This document shows, piece after piece, positions 38,260 to 52,602 of a DNA stretch of 64,000 nt. Origin of the DNA: Psilocybe cubensis (taxonomy: Eukaryota). Numbering within the stretch: position 1 is the stretch's first letter; every line of letters starts with the position of its first letter. Both the position numbers and the translations under genes were made by a program. The notes beneath the pieces were generated by a model that was not told the DNA's origin, did not search any database, and saw only the letters and a list, made by a program, of their open reading frames with translations. The stretch is taken from contig CM038998.1 of assembly GCA_017499595.2 (NCBI GenBank), forward strand, positions 2,046,001 to 2,110,000, in the 5' to 3' direction.

Positions 38260-38661
38260 TGTCCAAGTAACAGTGCGATATTAAAATCCCCTTCGATTCA
38301 GTATATGGTCACAATAAACAACGACAAAATGGAGGGAATTGAAGAAGTATCTTCCAGTCTGCAGACAAAACGAAAGTCTATCAGGTATCAAACGAGGACA
38401 AGAATCAGCTCATGGTTTCAAAAGAGTCTGTCACGGGGTCAAGAAGGGATTAGGAGCCATCGTCACTTGAAATTGAAATTACATTCTCTACTAGTGGCAG
38501 TCAGTGCTTCTATTTTTTCCAGAGACTAACCTTTCAAGCCCTTACTCAAAAAGAATATTTATTATTTTCAAAGGTTTAACAAGAAATGCTCAAGTGGTCA
38601 TTTTCTTTGACTGAAATTTGAACTCGAAGAATTGCGGCATTCCTGGTGTTGAAAACAATCG

Positions 38662-40406
38662 ATGTTACCAACCGAGTTGTATACGGCTATCCTTGAGAAA
38701 TTAGACTACTTGACCCTGCTAAAGTGCATGCAGGTACGTACTCCTCATCCAAATATATTCGTTTACTAATGCGTTGTCAGTAGGTATGCACTCTTTTCCA
38801 AAGCTTGATTTTGAGAACAGCCTCTCTGCAATATATCATCGAGCTTGCTGTCGCAAAACAAATCAGCGGACAAGCATCTGGAATATCGTCTTCCCAGCGC
38901 TTGGAGTTAATGAAAAAACATCGATTTGCTTGGAATAAACTTATCTGGAGCAGGGAAGTCAAGATTCCAATGGAAGGTGGTGGGCTATGGGAGTTATTCG
39001 GTGGGGTCCTAGCTCAAAGCAAACCTGATGGAGCTCTTGTTTTCCATCAATTACCTTCCGACTTGCGATCCATAGATATCAGAACTTGGACTCTAGGTCC
39101 AGATTTTGGAATGCTCGTTCGTGATTTTGCCATGGATCCGTCTCAAGACCTTCTTGTGCTGATCGAGAGTCCCGATTGGTGAGCTTTCGTGAGGAAACTT
39201 AGCAACATGTGAATTTAATTTAAGAATTACTAGGTCGCTTCCAGACTCTGCCCTTGAATATCGTGTTCATCTGCGATCGTTGTCGACTGGCAAGCCGCAT
39301 CCACATGCTGCTCAGAGCACTTTACATCTCTCTCAAGAAATCAGAGACATCTTTGTCACCTACACTATTCAGATATTTCAAAACTTGCTTGCTATCTTAT
39401 TCGATCCCTCCTCCGCAGGTGAGAATGAAATTGTAATATGGGAATGGAAAAAGGGTGTCGCATTAATGGTAAGCATTCAGAAAGTTTTTTCTGCTACCAG
39501 CGCCGTTACTCATTGATTCTTAGGACATCTACAGTGACGATATTGTGTCCTTCTCTTTATTGTCTAAAGATTGGGTGCTATTTTCAGTAATAGACATATT
39601 TGGTAGCCCACACATGGAAGCCATCAACTTCACAGAGGAGCCCTGTGATCGACATGATCTCCAGGAAGTCCAACACGTTTATGCATTCGAGTATCCAGAA
39701 TTGCATCTCGGAGTGTTCTGCAGCAACATTGAAATTCGTTCCGACCCAAGTACAGCTGCTCCAATCGATTCAACGGTTCCCTTCGCCGGTGACACTACAG
39801 ATTTTCTGTTGACCGTCAGTCTTTGGCTGGTCATAAATGGAGCGCCTCGATGCATCCTGCATTTTATACCATCCTCGCATTTGCTTTCAACTATCAATTT
39901 ACATGTCCAGTCTAGTATAATGGACAGTACTTTTGTTTGGTCCGATTGGGGTCCAGAGAAGACGAGGATGCTATTTCCCAACGTGAACCCTTCTGAGATT
40001 TGGGTATGCTATGTATCTGGGACCAATTTCGTGATATCGGAACCGGTATCGGAAGGACAGCCTGGCTATTCGGTGCGCCTATATGACTTCAACCGATTAG
40101 CGCTGGAGAAAGACGCCAAGGCGAGTCATTCCGATACAGAAGCGCCCAAAGGCATCAATCTATCACCGACTGTCATGGAAAAGAACAATCCATTTGAAGA
40201 CGAAATAACAACAAGTCTTCCGTTCAGAACGCAAACGCTTGTCCTGGAAGATGCTCACACGCACTGCACAGCGTTGTGCAGTGAGGATAATATCATTGTA
40301 GTTGACGTGAGTCTGCCAGATGATCAAAAATGACTCGGTACTGACTGCGGGGTGGTTCCTACATGCACAGCCAGAGTGCAGAGAATACCGGATATTAGTG
40401 TTCTAA
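38662..40406 (+). CDS. F-box domain protein of a basidiomycete-expanded type, about 5 exons
   Basis: MLPTELYTAILEKLDYLTLLKCMQ/VCTLFQSLI is an F-box. Downstream motifs DFAMDPSQDLLVL, LSTGKPHP, WSDWGPEKTR. Confidence 0.78.
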
Positions 40407-40770
40407 GAGGGATTTTCTGACATGAGACGAAAGGGGGCAAACCGCATGTGAAAGATGGGGAAAGGTAGATGCGGGATTTGTGATATCGACCCAATAGCCT
40501 ATAAGTCGCAGATGTAGAGAAATGAATTGTCAGATGAGCAAAACATGAGGTTGGAGCGTCTGGGCGGACAAGAAGCAGGTTGGAACCAATAGCGATTAAT
40601 TCGGTAGGAAGCAAGACTGGCTGGATGAGAGAGGCAGCAGATCGGATGTGATCGGTAGTATATATTATCTTATCAGATAAAACAAATAAGAAATGCTCAA
40701 TTCTCTGCTCTGCCTCTGTCCGTCCTCCCATAAAACTGCCCACTTCCTCCATGTTCCCCCATCTCTCTCC

Positions 40771-42727
40771 ATGATTCCCCACAGTACTCCGCCTTCGTCG
40801 TGCGTCGCCAGCGCCCTCAGAGCTCGTCGCCCTCACACCTTTAGGGCCTTTTATGCTGCATGTCCCTTTCTCTCCTTCCTCGCCCTCATTGACTCATCTT
40901 TTTACCCCTAGACTGTCCGTGGCTCCAGGTCTGCACCGTCAGAGCCCCATGACGATCTACCCAGGGCAGAGAATGTAACGTGTAATCTTGTCTGCTCATT
41001 TCGCTTGTTGACATCCTTTCCAGGATTTTATCTTATCAATATTGCGCACAAACCCATCCCTGAGAGATGCTCGATCATACCTTGCATCGTTTGGTCTCCG
41101 TCCTCAGTCTCAACCAACTCCTTCTTCAGCGACAAAAGTATCTTCGCATAATACACCAGTAGATCCATCTGTATCTACATCTCCCTCAGTTGCACCCCTT
41201 CTGGACAGTCCTACCCCGAGCCCAGTCATCGCTTCGATCCTCAATCCCGTCTATCGGCGTACGGCCCTCGTGAAAATCCAAGGCCCTTTCTCAGACAAGC
41301 AGCTGGACAGTATATGTCGTGGTCTGGTCTACCTAGAAAAGCTCGGCCTTGTCAGTGTTATTGTTGTCGAAAACGAGGAACGACCACGAGGCGATCAGGA
41401 CGAACGGTCGTCCATAATCGATGACACCATGCGCATTGTTACCAACCTCGAAAGCCAAGGCTCCCGTGCACGGCCAGTCGTAGGCGCAGTTGTTAGGCTT
41501 GGTCCCAAACCAGAAGACGCCTCGGAAATCGACTTGGACCCTCCAGAAACGCATACTATACCTTCCGACCTCATACCGATCCGTTCTGCTCTCAGTGCTG
41601 GTGAAATTCCGGTTATCGCACCCTTTGCTCTTGATTCTTTCTGTCGCTCTGTTCGTGTCGACGCAAATGATGTCATTGCGGGCCTAGCTCGTGGAATGGT
41701 GGAGGCCAGCAATCTCTCCAATAGTTCGCCTATTGAGGATGGCCAGGTCAAATTCTCTGGCGAGGTGGACCTAACACCACTGCGCCTCATGATCATCGAC
41801 AGAAACGGCGGCGTACCATCCTACGCACGCTCAGGATACCCTCACCTACTCATCAACCTCACCTCGGAGTACCAACATATTCATGATACTTTCAACGATC
41901 AGTGGCTCCATATGAACCCATCTGCTCTTTCAAATCTTTCTCTAGCCCGTCAATGTCTTAATTACATGCCAGCTTCATCCTCTGCCATCATGGTGTCTCA
42001 TAAATCACCTAGTTCACTGATCGGTAACCTTATTACGAACAAGCCAGCCGTCAGCTCAAGTCTCCCTCATGCTCTTCTGCAGGGAAATCGAAAATTGACA
42101 CCTCACACACCCACCCTTTTGAGGCGTGGTGTTCCGATTCAGGTTCTCCGCACACTAAAAGACCTCGACAAGGCGAAGATGACTACACTATTAGAACAAT
42201 CTTTCGGCCGTAAGCTGGATCAGAAGGCTTTCTACGGTCGATTAGAGAAGGCCCTAGATTTTGTCATCGTAGCTGGAGATTATGTTGGTGCTGCGATTGT
42301 AACAAACGAACCATCTCTTAACGGCTTGAAACCGATATCATACCTCGACAAATTTGCTGTCCTCCCAAGCCATCAAGGAGATGGTACTGTGGACTTCCTA
42401 TGGGTCGCTTTGCACGATGAGTCATATGGACTTGGACATCCCTTCTCCGCCAATCCTAACGGAGGAAAGGGCGGTATCGGAGAGGGTCGAGACCTTGTTT
42501 GGCGGAGTCGATCCAACAATCCCGTCAACAAGTGGTATTTTGAACGCAGTAGCGGTCATGTACGCATGGGTGAATGGGTTTTATTTTGGTGTGACGCTGA
42601 GAAAAGGCTCAAGATCGAAGAGGGACGTCGGGGAAGTGCCGGTTTGTCATATGTGGAAGACTGGGAAGAGGGTAGGCTCTCGGACTGGGGCGCTGTTGTT
42701 TTGAAAATACCTTCTAGTTGGAAGTAA
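40771..42727 (+). CDS. ARG2: Mitochondrial N-acetylglutamate synthase (amino-acid acetyltransferase), 3 exons
   Basis: DFILSILRTNPSLRDARSYL, GGVPSYAR..HLLINL, NLITNKP, and the NAT domain YLDKFAVL...WRSRSNNPVNKWYFERS. Arg-rich N-terminal targeting peptide. Confidence 0.88.
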
Positions 42728-42950
42728 AAATTTTCGGAATGTTTGCATATTTTAGATGATCGAAATGATCTATCATTTTTATTGTAATATCTAGCTAGCA
42801 AGGCAACATATTCTGGCCTCGCTTTTTTGCTTTAACTTCCAGATTTGTACGGTATGTAGTTCCTCGAAGTGAGTAGAACCCTGATCCCTAAGTAATATTA
42901 CTTATTATTGCTACAAGCTTTCAATTAAGAGAAGTTCATCGTTCGTTTGG

Positions 42951-44346
42951 TCAGAAGAAACCATCCATAAGCTTTCTAGACGCTTCGACACCGAGCTAAC
43001 AACGGCAGGTCAGATTAAAGGGCGTCATTATCGCGAGGGGAAACTCACAAAAGTAGCAGCATTTGCAGGGAAAGCCTAGGGGTTATAAAATATTAGCGAC
43101 CGAAAGAAACAACAGGATCACGAATGAACACTTACTCGAGCCATGGCTGGTCCGAACCCTTTCCAGAGGGCACGGACACCATCCTGTGCGATCGTCTTGC
43201 GAGCACAGTCCATTAAGCCGGAGTAAGTCCCTGTTGGAGCAGACTGTATTCTTGATTTCAAGACCTAATTATACGTAGATTCAGTTGACTGAATACCAAA
43301 ACAATATGCGAAGCTTACATCCGGAGGAATTGCCAAAGCCCACATGGCCACACCTGCAGTTCCTCCAGCAACGATAATAGCACCTAAATTAAGCTCCGAT
43401 GGGGAGGACCCAGCTGGAGTCAACGCTTTTTTAGTAATTTCGTATGCTGCAAAGTATCTATATTCAAGGTTAGCTCACGAATATTAATGGAAGCGAAACA
43501 TACGCAGCACTTCCAGGACCGTCCCGAGCAAGCGTGGCTCCTGTACCGCGGAAAATACTTTTTATGCCTCCTTCTTTGTACAGATGCTTCAGAACATCGG
43601 TGACACCTGAATATTTGGTTTGTGAGCCTGCTTGACCTTGGACCTGGTGATAAACTTGATGAGGTCACGCGTAATGTTCCAAAGAAGCAGTCTACCTACC
43701 TGCAATAGGACTTTGGCACGTTCCACTGGTGCAGTAACTAATGTGGTAGGAACAGCAGACAGGAAACCAGCTGTCGCGAGCTCAGCAATGGATAGGGATT
43801 CGGAGGTCCGATTTGGTGTAAGCGCGAAAATTAACTGCTTCGACGCGTCATATGCCTGAAGATCCAAATGAGATCAGGTGGCCTGGATTAGCATAAATCT
43901 ATGAAAATGTACCCAAAAAGATACAGCGAAGATGGGCGTAACACCCAACAACGGGGGCACCATACCACGGTACATGCTGCGAGCGAGAAGCCCATCAGCG
44001 TCAAGTCAATGCTTCTATATTGTCAATGACAAACCCTGCAATACCATCCTTAGCTAGAGTCTTCTTGACTACATCAATGGCTCCGGTGTATGCTCCAGGG
44101 GCAGCGGTCTGGAGTCTTGTCTTCGTCAGGTCAAATGGGTGACCTGTATATGGTCAGTGTATGAGGCAACAATGTGAGGATGTCACGGACCAACACAAAC
44201 CGCAGCAACACCTCCAAACCCTCCTGCGATGAATGACTTTACGGATTCGGCCGCCGATACACGGCTCTCGTCTGGAGATGGTGCTTCGCTACTCTACTTC
44301 CGAGCTCAACGTTTATTCTCGGTAGTTGCGAGGACGCACATACCAT
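42951..44346 (-). CDS. CRC1: Mitochondrial carnitine/acylcarnitine carrier, multi-exon
   Basis: SFIAGGFGGVAAVCVGHPFDLTKTRLQT, GMYRGMVPPLLGVTPIFAVSFW, APVERAKVLLQ, ARDGPGSAAYF, AIPPDVLKSR, RAFPANAATF. Confidence 0.88.
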
Positions 44347-44637
44347 TTTTTGGGATGCGCCGGGGGTATGGGGTGGGTCTGATGCAGGTGAAGAGACTGA
44401 TATCGAGCGGGCAACCGAAAGATGGCTTGTCTTAACGTTCTCGGTATACATGACTAGCGGACCGGACTATCTCCTGTTTTCACATGTATTATGCCCGATC
44501 AAACTCCTCAGCGCAAGTTATGCCCACAAGAAATTCATATATTCGTACATAAGTATTAGTAGATTACCGTTGAGAGTTAAAAATTACAGGTGTCGTCTAG
44601 GACCAATGGAAAACACGTTCTATGCTGCAAATTATTT

Positions 44638-47459
44638 CTATGAATCATCATCGCGCCCAAACCCTCCCACTGGTTCATAGGTCGCTTCCGTTGTATCTCG
44701 CCTCCACACCAGCCTCACTCCGTAGAAGAACGTACATATAGCCACTACACCTAAGCCGCCTACAACCGAAGGAGCCCAGTATTCGTACCACCATGACGGC
44801 TGGTAAGGAATCAACAACCGGTCAATTTGTATGACACCACCAGTACCGGTGCCAGTCGTAGATCGTCCCCAAGCCTGAACATGCGCAGAGTCGGCCTTGC
44901 CATCAGTGCCACGAGCACCCTTGATCCCGACAACATAATCATTGGTGTCAGTTCTCTTCTGGAAAACGATATCTCCATATGCGGATGCAGCTGAGTGAAG
45001 CGTAGAGTACGTTGCGTCATCAAAATCGAGGGGTTGGTTGTGATTGATAAATAAACGTGAATCAGAATCAAGTAAATCATTCTTTATCGACGGCGTTGGG
45101 ATAAGATGCTGGGTGACAATTTTTTTCAGGCCCTCAATGTCCGAATATAACTGAGTGAGGTTGTACTGTTTAAAAGCATCATCAGTAGGACATAACAATG
45201 TCCAACCAACGTCGATGTACTGGTCGTCCGACCAAGGAGAGCCTTCTGGAGGTGCAGTACCGTTCAAGATCCACTCAAATCCGGCTTTGTTAACTAAAGT
45301 GGCCATTGTGCTTCCCTTTGCGGCCTTCACGAGCTTTCCTATAGTTAACTTGACCGACCGAGGAATCATAATATCCGATAATTCATGCACAACACCAGTT
45401 TGCGTGAGCAAATCCTGGGGGTAAATTTGAGCCCGAAGACCTGTCCATCCTCCGCTGGAACTAATAACAGGTGTACCGTCTGACTCTCGGTCAATTTTGA
45501 CATCCGATCCCTCTAGGGTGGCAAAACTGTGTTGGGATCCGTTGACAAGTTGCCGTGAATATTGCACGGAGTTCAAGGCGTGATGCATAATAACACTTTC
45601 AAGGTCTTCTTTTGAAGAAGGGGCCAAAAGATGTGCGCTAACCAACAGGCCGAGACGAGTGAATGCCTCATTGCGAGGGATTAGGAGGGATGTAGTAGGG
45701 GCTTTCCTCAATATCTCCGCCTTTGACGTCGAAAATATAGCTGCCAGGAAAGAAGAAAGGCTCAAAGATGGTAATGCTGCTTGCAAGGCATCCGGCGGTG
45801 GAATTAAAGGACGCGACACGAAGTAAACCATTGTATCATATATTTCCACTGATGGCTGTCAGCTCAGAGCTCTGTGATGAACAATGAAGACTTACCAGGA
45901 TCTCCTATAATGCCAGCCCCACCAAACCTTATAACTTTTTCTCCGGATTTCTTCTTGTCGTCGGAATGAACTTCAATGGACATGACTTGGCGGCCACCAT
46001 TCAGGCCCGGTTCCTCAAGCGCTGTTTCCAGAAGGCTTCCGTTCTTCAACTTATTGGTTGTCCACTTTCCTGGGATAAAGTGATACTGTAGTAGTCGCTT
46101 CAACTCCTCTGAACCTGGTTCTGGGAATTCAGGGTCGTCGAAGATCGATATGATATCATCACTTGGAGCCAGGATGGTATATTTTGAATCCGTGTCGTTG
46201 ATCAAGCCAACAAGATCAACCGAATGGAGAAGGGACACAAATTTCTTGCAATTAAGAGCCAGTAGATATTTCTCGGGGGTCAGCTTAAGGATTTCTGGAG
46301 GGAATAGAAGAGCTGACACGAGGTGCAAAACCCCATTCGACGCGTAAATGTCTGGCTCTATCAACATGGCATCTTGAATTTTGACCCCTTCTGGAGTGTT
46401 CACGATGTCTAATGTTGTACCCTTGATAGTTGTCACTGTCAAAAGATTGGTAATGGTTAAGAAAATTGAGGGGGCAGTAGTATCACGTACAGGTTCGAGA
46501 GGACTCAAAGGAGTCGGACCAAATGACATGATCATTCACGACGGCATGCATATCCAATATACGATTCAAGTCCTCTGAAGCGAATTCGCTTTCCAGATAC
46601 ATCCGTTCAACTGGGTGAAATGCATCCCATGCGTTGTCTAGCGGAAGAAATAGGGTCATTTCAGACGTCGCGTTGAGCCGCCGTAAAATTTCGGAGGTGG
46701 CAATCTTCTGAAAATAAGATATAGATGGATGTTGTGAGATAACAGTGGCTGGTACACAACGAGTTACATTTCAGTCATCTCAGATAACAATGAATGCACA
46801 CCTAAGTCCGGTGGTGGTTCTAATACTTCTGCAATCCCCAACAGGATACCATTGCCTGCGTCTTGGACTCCTTTCACAATCTTTGCTCCATTCTTTCCAA
46901 AGGCATCAACACCAATATTTGCACTATCTTGATGCGAGGCTAGGCGGAGTCTCTGCGGCTCACCACCAAGTGTGCCTCCAGGGATGGGCAACCATGGTGG
47001 ATGTGGGGGAGGTTCTCGGGAAGGTGGATCCACGGGCTTTCTGGGGTAAAGTAACGTCTTGTACTGAGTAACCTTTTCGTCTGTTGGAAGCGCCGCAAGC
47101 GTTTCATTAAGCAAGTGATAAAGAAGTTGCTGCCTTAGCTGTTCCTGGATGTTGTCGGGGACGAAATGCTCGCCGTTTTGAAGTACATCAGACCACAAAG
47201 GGTTGGTTAACGAATGCCTCTTGATAGCATCGTTTGTTGGGGCAAATAATGTAGTTCCGTTGAGCCTGTTCAATGTAGGGATGAGGCGAGCACGCTGAAG
47301 CAATCGTAACAAAGAACTATAGTCGGGATCTGCACCCAAGGCATCAACCAGAGTCATGGAAAACGGCGCAATGAATTTCCATGGTTCTTGAGAAGGCAAG
47401 GCAATTGTAGACTGTATAGACGCCAGCAACGCCAGCGGCAAACAGGCTGCTAAGAGCAT
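44638..47459 (-). CDS. Multi-FAS1 (fasciclin) type I membrane protein, multi-exon
   Basis: Signal peptide, repeated FAS1 motifs (TLFAPTNDA, TLFLPLDNAW, TILAPSDD, SLLIPRNEAF, TLLCPTDDAF; NGVLHLV, GVVHEL, GVIQIDRLL), C-terminal TM and YEPV tail. Confidence 0.88.
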
Positions 47460-47635
47460 GGTGGAAACGAGACAGACGATGTAGTTGCAATTAGCTGCGC
47501 GGCGGCATTGGGGAAACGAACGAGGTCCATTGCCAGGAACCTTATGACATGATCCCACGTGATATACTTGAAGTGTTCATTCCATTCCGGTGTACGTACC
47601 AAGTTGGTACCAAGTCCCTTAGTTCTCCTCATGAT

Positions 47636-50600
47636 ATGCTCGGGATCCACCAGACTCTTACGGGGTACCCTGCGGAAGGTGTCCAATACCTTGTGCGCGG
47701 ACGAGACGCTTTCCTTGTGAGACTTGTTCGTTTCATCATCCCAGTTGTGCTCATGGCCCTGGCCTGTAGCTCTACCCCTCTGCAGATGCAGTTATCATTC
47801 TAAATGCCCATACGCTCGCTCTAGTTCGCGTTCTTGCCTTTTGGGAGGCATTCCCGGGGTTGAGGCACTGCGGAGAGAAGATATCCTGCTTATCCGTTGA
47901 CTCTGGCATGAAGCTTGTGCGTTTGTTTTGGTGCGACCCTTGAACTGGCTCATCGAATAATCTTGTAGATTGTCGCGTCAATGAAATCAAAGCTTGCCGC
48001 TTGGTCTCTCTCTGATATCCAAGAAGGAACGTGGCGTATACACTCCACACTTGTACTTCCCGAAGGCCATAATGTCATGACGCTCGACAATAAAGCTGGT
48101 ACATCCGCCGCTTTGAATGCTGACGCGTTCTGACGTTTGCTAGGACTGCTCGCTGTTGGTTGTGAGAAACAATTATCTATATACACTCTGGTGTTAGAAA
48201 ATGAACTTCCAACTTGGTCCAAGAAGTGGACAGTCGGGTTCGTGGGCTTACCTCATGGTTGTAAATGTGTTGACTTTTAGTAATGATATAGAACACCTAC
48301 ACCCATTCTACTGAATTTTGCGCCTTCATTGATGTATATTGCAACTGCATCTAAAGTGTGTGATTCATTCAGTGGAGATGGTTTTCCAATATTCCTTTGA
48401 CTGAATACCTCGATCAGAAAGATAACTCTGTCCGCCTGTATTCTACCACTTCCGGTCTCCAGACTCAAATAATTCCTCATCCACTCCCCGTCTTGAAAAT
48501 ATCATGGAGACGTTCTCAGGCCACAAGTCGGTGCGTTTGATTTAATTTGGTTGAATGGCATTTTTCATGACTGAAGTATCTGTAGTGATGATTTTATCCT
48601 CTACTCTGTTACATCAGATGCGACATTGCGTATATTTTTTCCTGTCTTAGATGCCCCCGACTATCTACAACTACACGCTTCACTTGACATCTACGCGTCC
48701 TTGCCCTTACATGTTGTCAATCAATTAAAGTCCTCGGAATCTTCTGTGTTCTGGCTAGACCGTAGGGCGACCGAGAAGGTCCTTGACTATGTTCTACTTG
48801 ATTCAGCGCAAGTCGACGAGGCACACAAGAAAAGGATTAAAGAAATTAAAGACGACGGTTGGGACCTATTCCTCAGAATCCTTACTGATGGATCCATAGT
48901 TGTTACTGGGGTGGCGGTGAGTTTTCATTACAGCCGCTAGTGCCCTTTTAATTACTCCCCTGTTAGAATATAGACCGGCGACCGCCAACCCTCCTGCAAC
49001 ATTTCACACTACAGCAATCTCAACCTTCGATTTTCTCAACTCCGCCTACATATTTATATGTTCTTCCTAATCCTGATCCAAGTCTTCTAACAATGATCAC
49101 AACTCCGCCGCTCATGTCGTTGGATTTATCACCGCTCACCTTCTTCGATGCTCGATCGCAAGGATTGAAAATAAAGTCATCGTGTTTAGAGCGCATAGCT
49201 GAAGAGGAATGTGAGATCATACGATTTATTCGTACTCCAGAAGGCAGAGGTGTTGGTGCTCTTCGTTCAGGTGGCCGCGGAGAAGCATGGCAGATTCATG
49301 AACGCGGTACAAAGCTTGTTCGGGCCAATACATGGGATCAAGCAGATTTTGTGGTCGTTCTGGCTCATGGTATGCTGCAATAACATGTGTAGTCCATCAA
49401 TATATTCATCCTTCTCAGGAAAACAGTTCGTCACCTATACAAAGAGTAGTTGCTCCCTGATCTTGCACTCATCACCTCCCCAAACCATTCTGGTCCCTAG
49501 CTTGGAGTCACTGTTCACCATTCCGTCACCATCTCTCTACGAGTTTATAATTGGCGTCACCACAGATTTCACCATTATCCAATTTGAAGTTACCGGCCTT
49601 CCCAGCTTGTCTGTCATTGGCCGGCAACAACTCCCTCTTGCACACACCCCAAAATTTATTTTGCCTGTAGATCCAATGGCGTGGGGTCACACGCAAGATT
49701 GGGCTGGTCATGATGTATTGCTCAGTATTTCCGAGGACGGTGAAATTGCCTTTTGGGTACCTGAGATCACTGCTGATGGTAGCTGGAGGTGTACTGGGAA
49801 AGTGCGCACCGGCAGGACAGGATTTCGAAAAGTTAGGTGCAGCTCTGCCAAGAAAACAGTTCTCAGTGAGCCTCTCTTTGGTTCGATCCCTGGATTTTTT
49901 ATTTTAACAAACACGCATTTCCACAGTTGTTGGTAGTGAATCAGGAGATGAGCTGACTATATGGGACTCAACTGAATCAGAGTTTGCGTCTGGCCTAGAA
50001 TACTGCAAAAATTACAGGTGCTCCTCTTTCATTGTGGCTGAATAATGTCTGATTTACGCGTGACTCACTGCATAGAGAACTCATCCTTGACTTGGATTGG
50101 AGCTCTACTCCAGACAAGCAATCTATTTTGGCAGTCGGATATGAGCATCGAGTTGATATTCTCTGCCAACAAAGAATGACTTATTTCTCCGAAGTGCCAG
50201 ATCCTGGATGGGCCCTGTGTAGAACAATCGACATTACAGGGTAGCCTTGAAGTTATTTCTGAAAACGTATTGCTCATCGTTGTGATAGGCTTACCCCATA
50301 TCCCATTAGCGATTCGATTTGGCTAGCGCATGGGTCGTTTTTAATTGCAGCTGGACAACAGATGTACCTTTACAGCGAGCCACCTCCAACGAAAGATCTT
50401 CCAACTTTCGGGGAAGAGAGTTTATTTGAGTACGTTGCTCGCCAAAATGGGCCCTTGGATGATTATCATCCCCAAATGATGCTGCAATGCTTGATATGGG
50501 GTAGGTCATCATTATTTTATTTTCGCATATATTGAATCGTCTTTCAGATAAAACTGAACTGGTGAAGGATGTAATCGTTAACCTAGCTCGTTTCCTAATT

Positions 50601-52602
50601 CCCGGTATATCTGATGGTCGGACTACTGCGCTTCCTCACCTTCCGGTTGATAGGTTTTTGAAGAAAAATAATCGAACTCAAATTGTGAGTGCTTAAACAA
50701 TAACACAGCTATACCAAACATATATTCAATTCACGCAGCTCGTGAATAAAAGGCGGTACAATCAACTTTTTGACGATACTTCACTGCCTATCGACGAGTG
50801 AGTGAGATAACTTTTGGTTTATAATATTCTCATTGATGTTCTACCAACTGTAGTGATATCTACTTCTCTCGACCGCTAATCACCCGCTTGATCGAAAAGC
50901 TTGAATCTCGTCCTTTGCCCAATCTTTCTGCAAATGAACAAGCACATCTAATCGTCCTAATACAAACAACGTTGGAGGTATTTTTATTATTTACTTCTTC
51001 AGGCCATATTCAAGCGTCTAGCACTTACTCACTAGATTGACGAACAACGCCGTGCTCTGGATTCAAATGGACTTCGCTACCTCATTTCTATGAGGTCCTT
51101 TTACATCATCAATCGTAGAGCATCCAGCCAAGAAACTGGAGCAGATCGATCCAGTAAATCGGCACGTCGCGAACGTCTGCGTTACAGGGATATGGTTTGG
51201 GCTTTCCATAGTGAAAGCCAGGAACTTCTCCTTGAGGCATCCATTGCGTCTTGCAATGGTAAGATGACTTGGTCGGACACACGTGCTCTAGGAATTGCTC
51301 TATGGATGAACTCTGGCGAAACCTTTGTGGGTGGAATTTTATGAAACTCAATGGGAAACTAACCATCTTTATCATGATTAGAAGTCTCACATCGAAGCTG
51401 TTGCTCGAAATGAATACATGGTAGGCGAGAACCGGGATCCAACTACGTGCTCCTTGTTGTATTTCGCACTGGGAAAGTATAAACTCGTCCATGGACTTTG
51501 GAGACAAGCTGCATGGCATAAAGAGCAAAATGCCATGCTAAAATTCCTCAGTAACGATTTTTCTCAAGAGCGCTGGCGGACAGCAGCGCAAAAGAATGCA
51601 TTTGCTTTGCTCAGCAAGCAACGTTTCGGTTGGCCATCAAGTTTTTTGCCAACCAATTTAAGTACTTATATATTACGACTCCAGAGTATGCAGCAGCGTT
51701 TTTCCTGTTAGGTGGCTCTTTAAAGGGTGCAGTAAATGTTTGCCTTAAACAACTCGGCGATTTCCAGCTCGCCATCGCTCTTGCTCGTATAGTGGAGCAG
51801 GGAACAGAGGGCCCAATACTAAAGGAAATAATCACTAATACTGTGCTTCCGATCGCCTTCGCATCTGGGAACCGATGGCTTGGTAGTTGGGCTTTTTGGA
51901 TATTGCACCGCCGTGATTTGTCTGTCCGGATACTCTTGGTGAGACCAATGCCTGATCGTATTTCATGTTTTTTTTATTTATTTACTTTTTAGACTCCTTT
52001 GCAAGATATCGCTTCGGCTTTTAATGTTCATGTCACCGAGATCGGGGAACCTCATTACGACGACCCAGGACTGGCGCTTTTGTTTTCTCAGCTGAGATCA
52101 AAAACACTTCAAGCTGCTAAAGGAACTAGTGAGATATCTGGTCGAGCGGAATTTAATTTTGTGTTGCAGATGGCGCGCGTCTTTTGTCGGATGGGTGAGT
52201 TTTGTTTCCCTTCTCGTTAATTGGCAGCATTATGACGAGTTTTTAGGATGTCATGCTTTGGCTCTCGACCTCGTCAGCTCATGGTCATTTGCTCGACCAT
52301 CAACGCCGCCACGCGAGGAAAAATCCCTCAATCACCCGGCCATAGCCTTTCCTACGCCCCTGTTCCCTCTGGGCCCTGCGTTAAAGCGCAGGGCATCCAT
52401 TTTGATTGACATGGATATAGTTTCACTACCCCCCACTCGCAAAGCATCGCCTACCGAGGAACCTTCGTTGAATTCCCTTCCAATTGAAACTATTCAAGAG
52501 GAAAGTGATCTATTTGCGCGTAAGGCGGGCCTTGGGAACTTGATGAAGTCTGCGAAACATGATGTTAATGTTCCGGAATTCGACATGGATGCATTTTTCT
52601 GA
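47636..52602 (+). CDS. RAV1: RAVE complex subunit Rav1 (V-ATPase assembly), many exons
   Basis: WD-like N-terminus, LDDYHPQMMLQCLIW, LDSNGLRYL, WAFHSESQELL, CSLLYFALGK, RWRTAAQKNAFALLSKQRF, YAAAFFLLG, DFQLAIALAR. Confidence 0.9.

Noticed and set aside
40771-44346. Arginine-pathway mini-cluster (ARG2 plus an ornithine carrier)
   Set aside because: The carrier motifs (GVTPIFAVSFW, RDGPGSAAYF, RAFPANAA) fit the carnitine carrier Crc1 better, and the genes are simply convergent.
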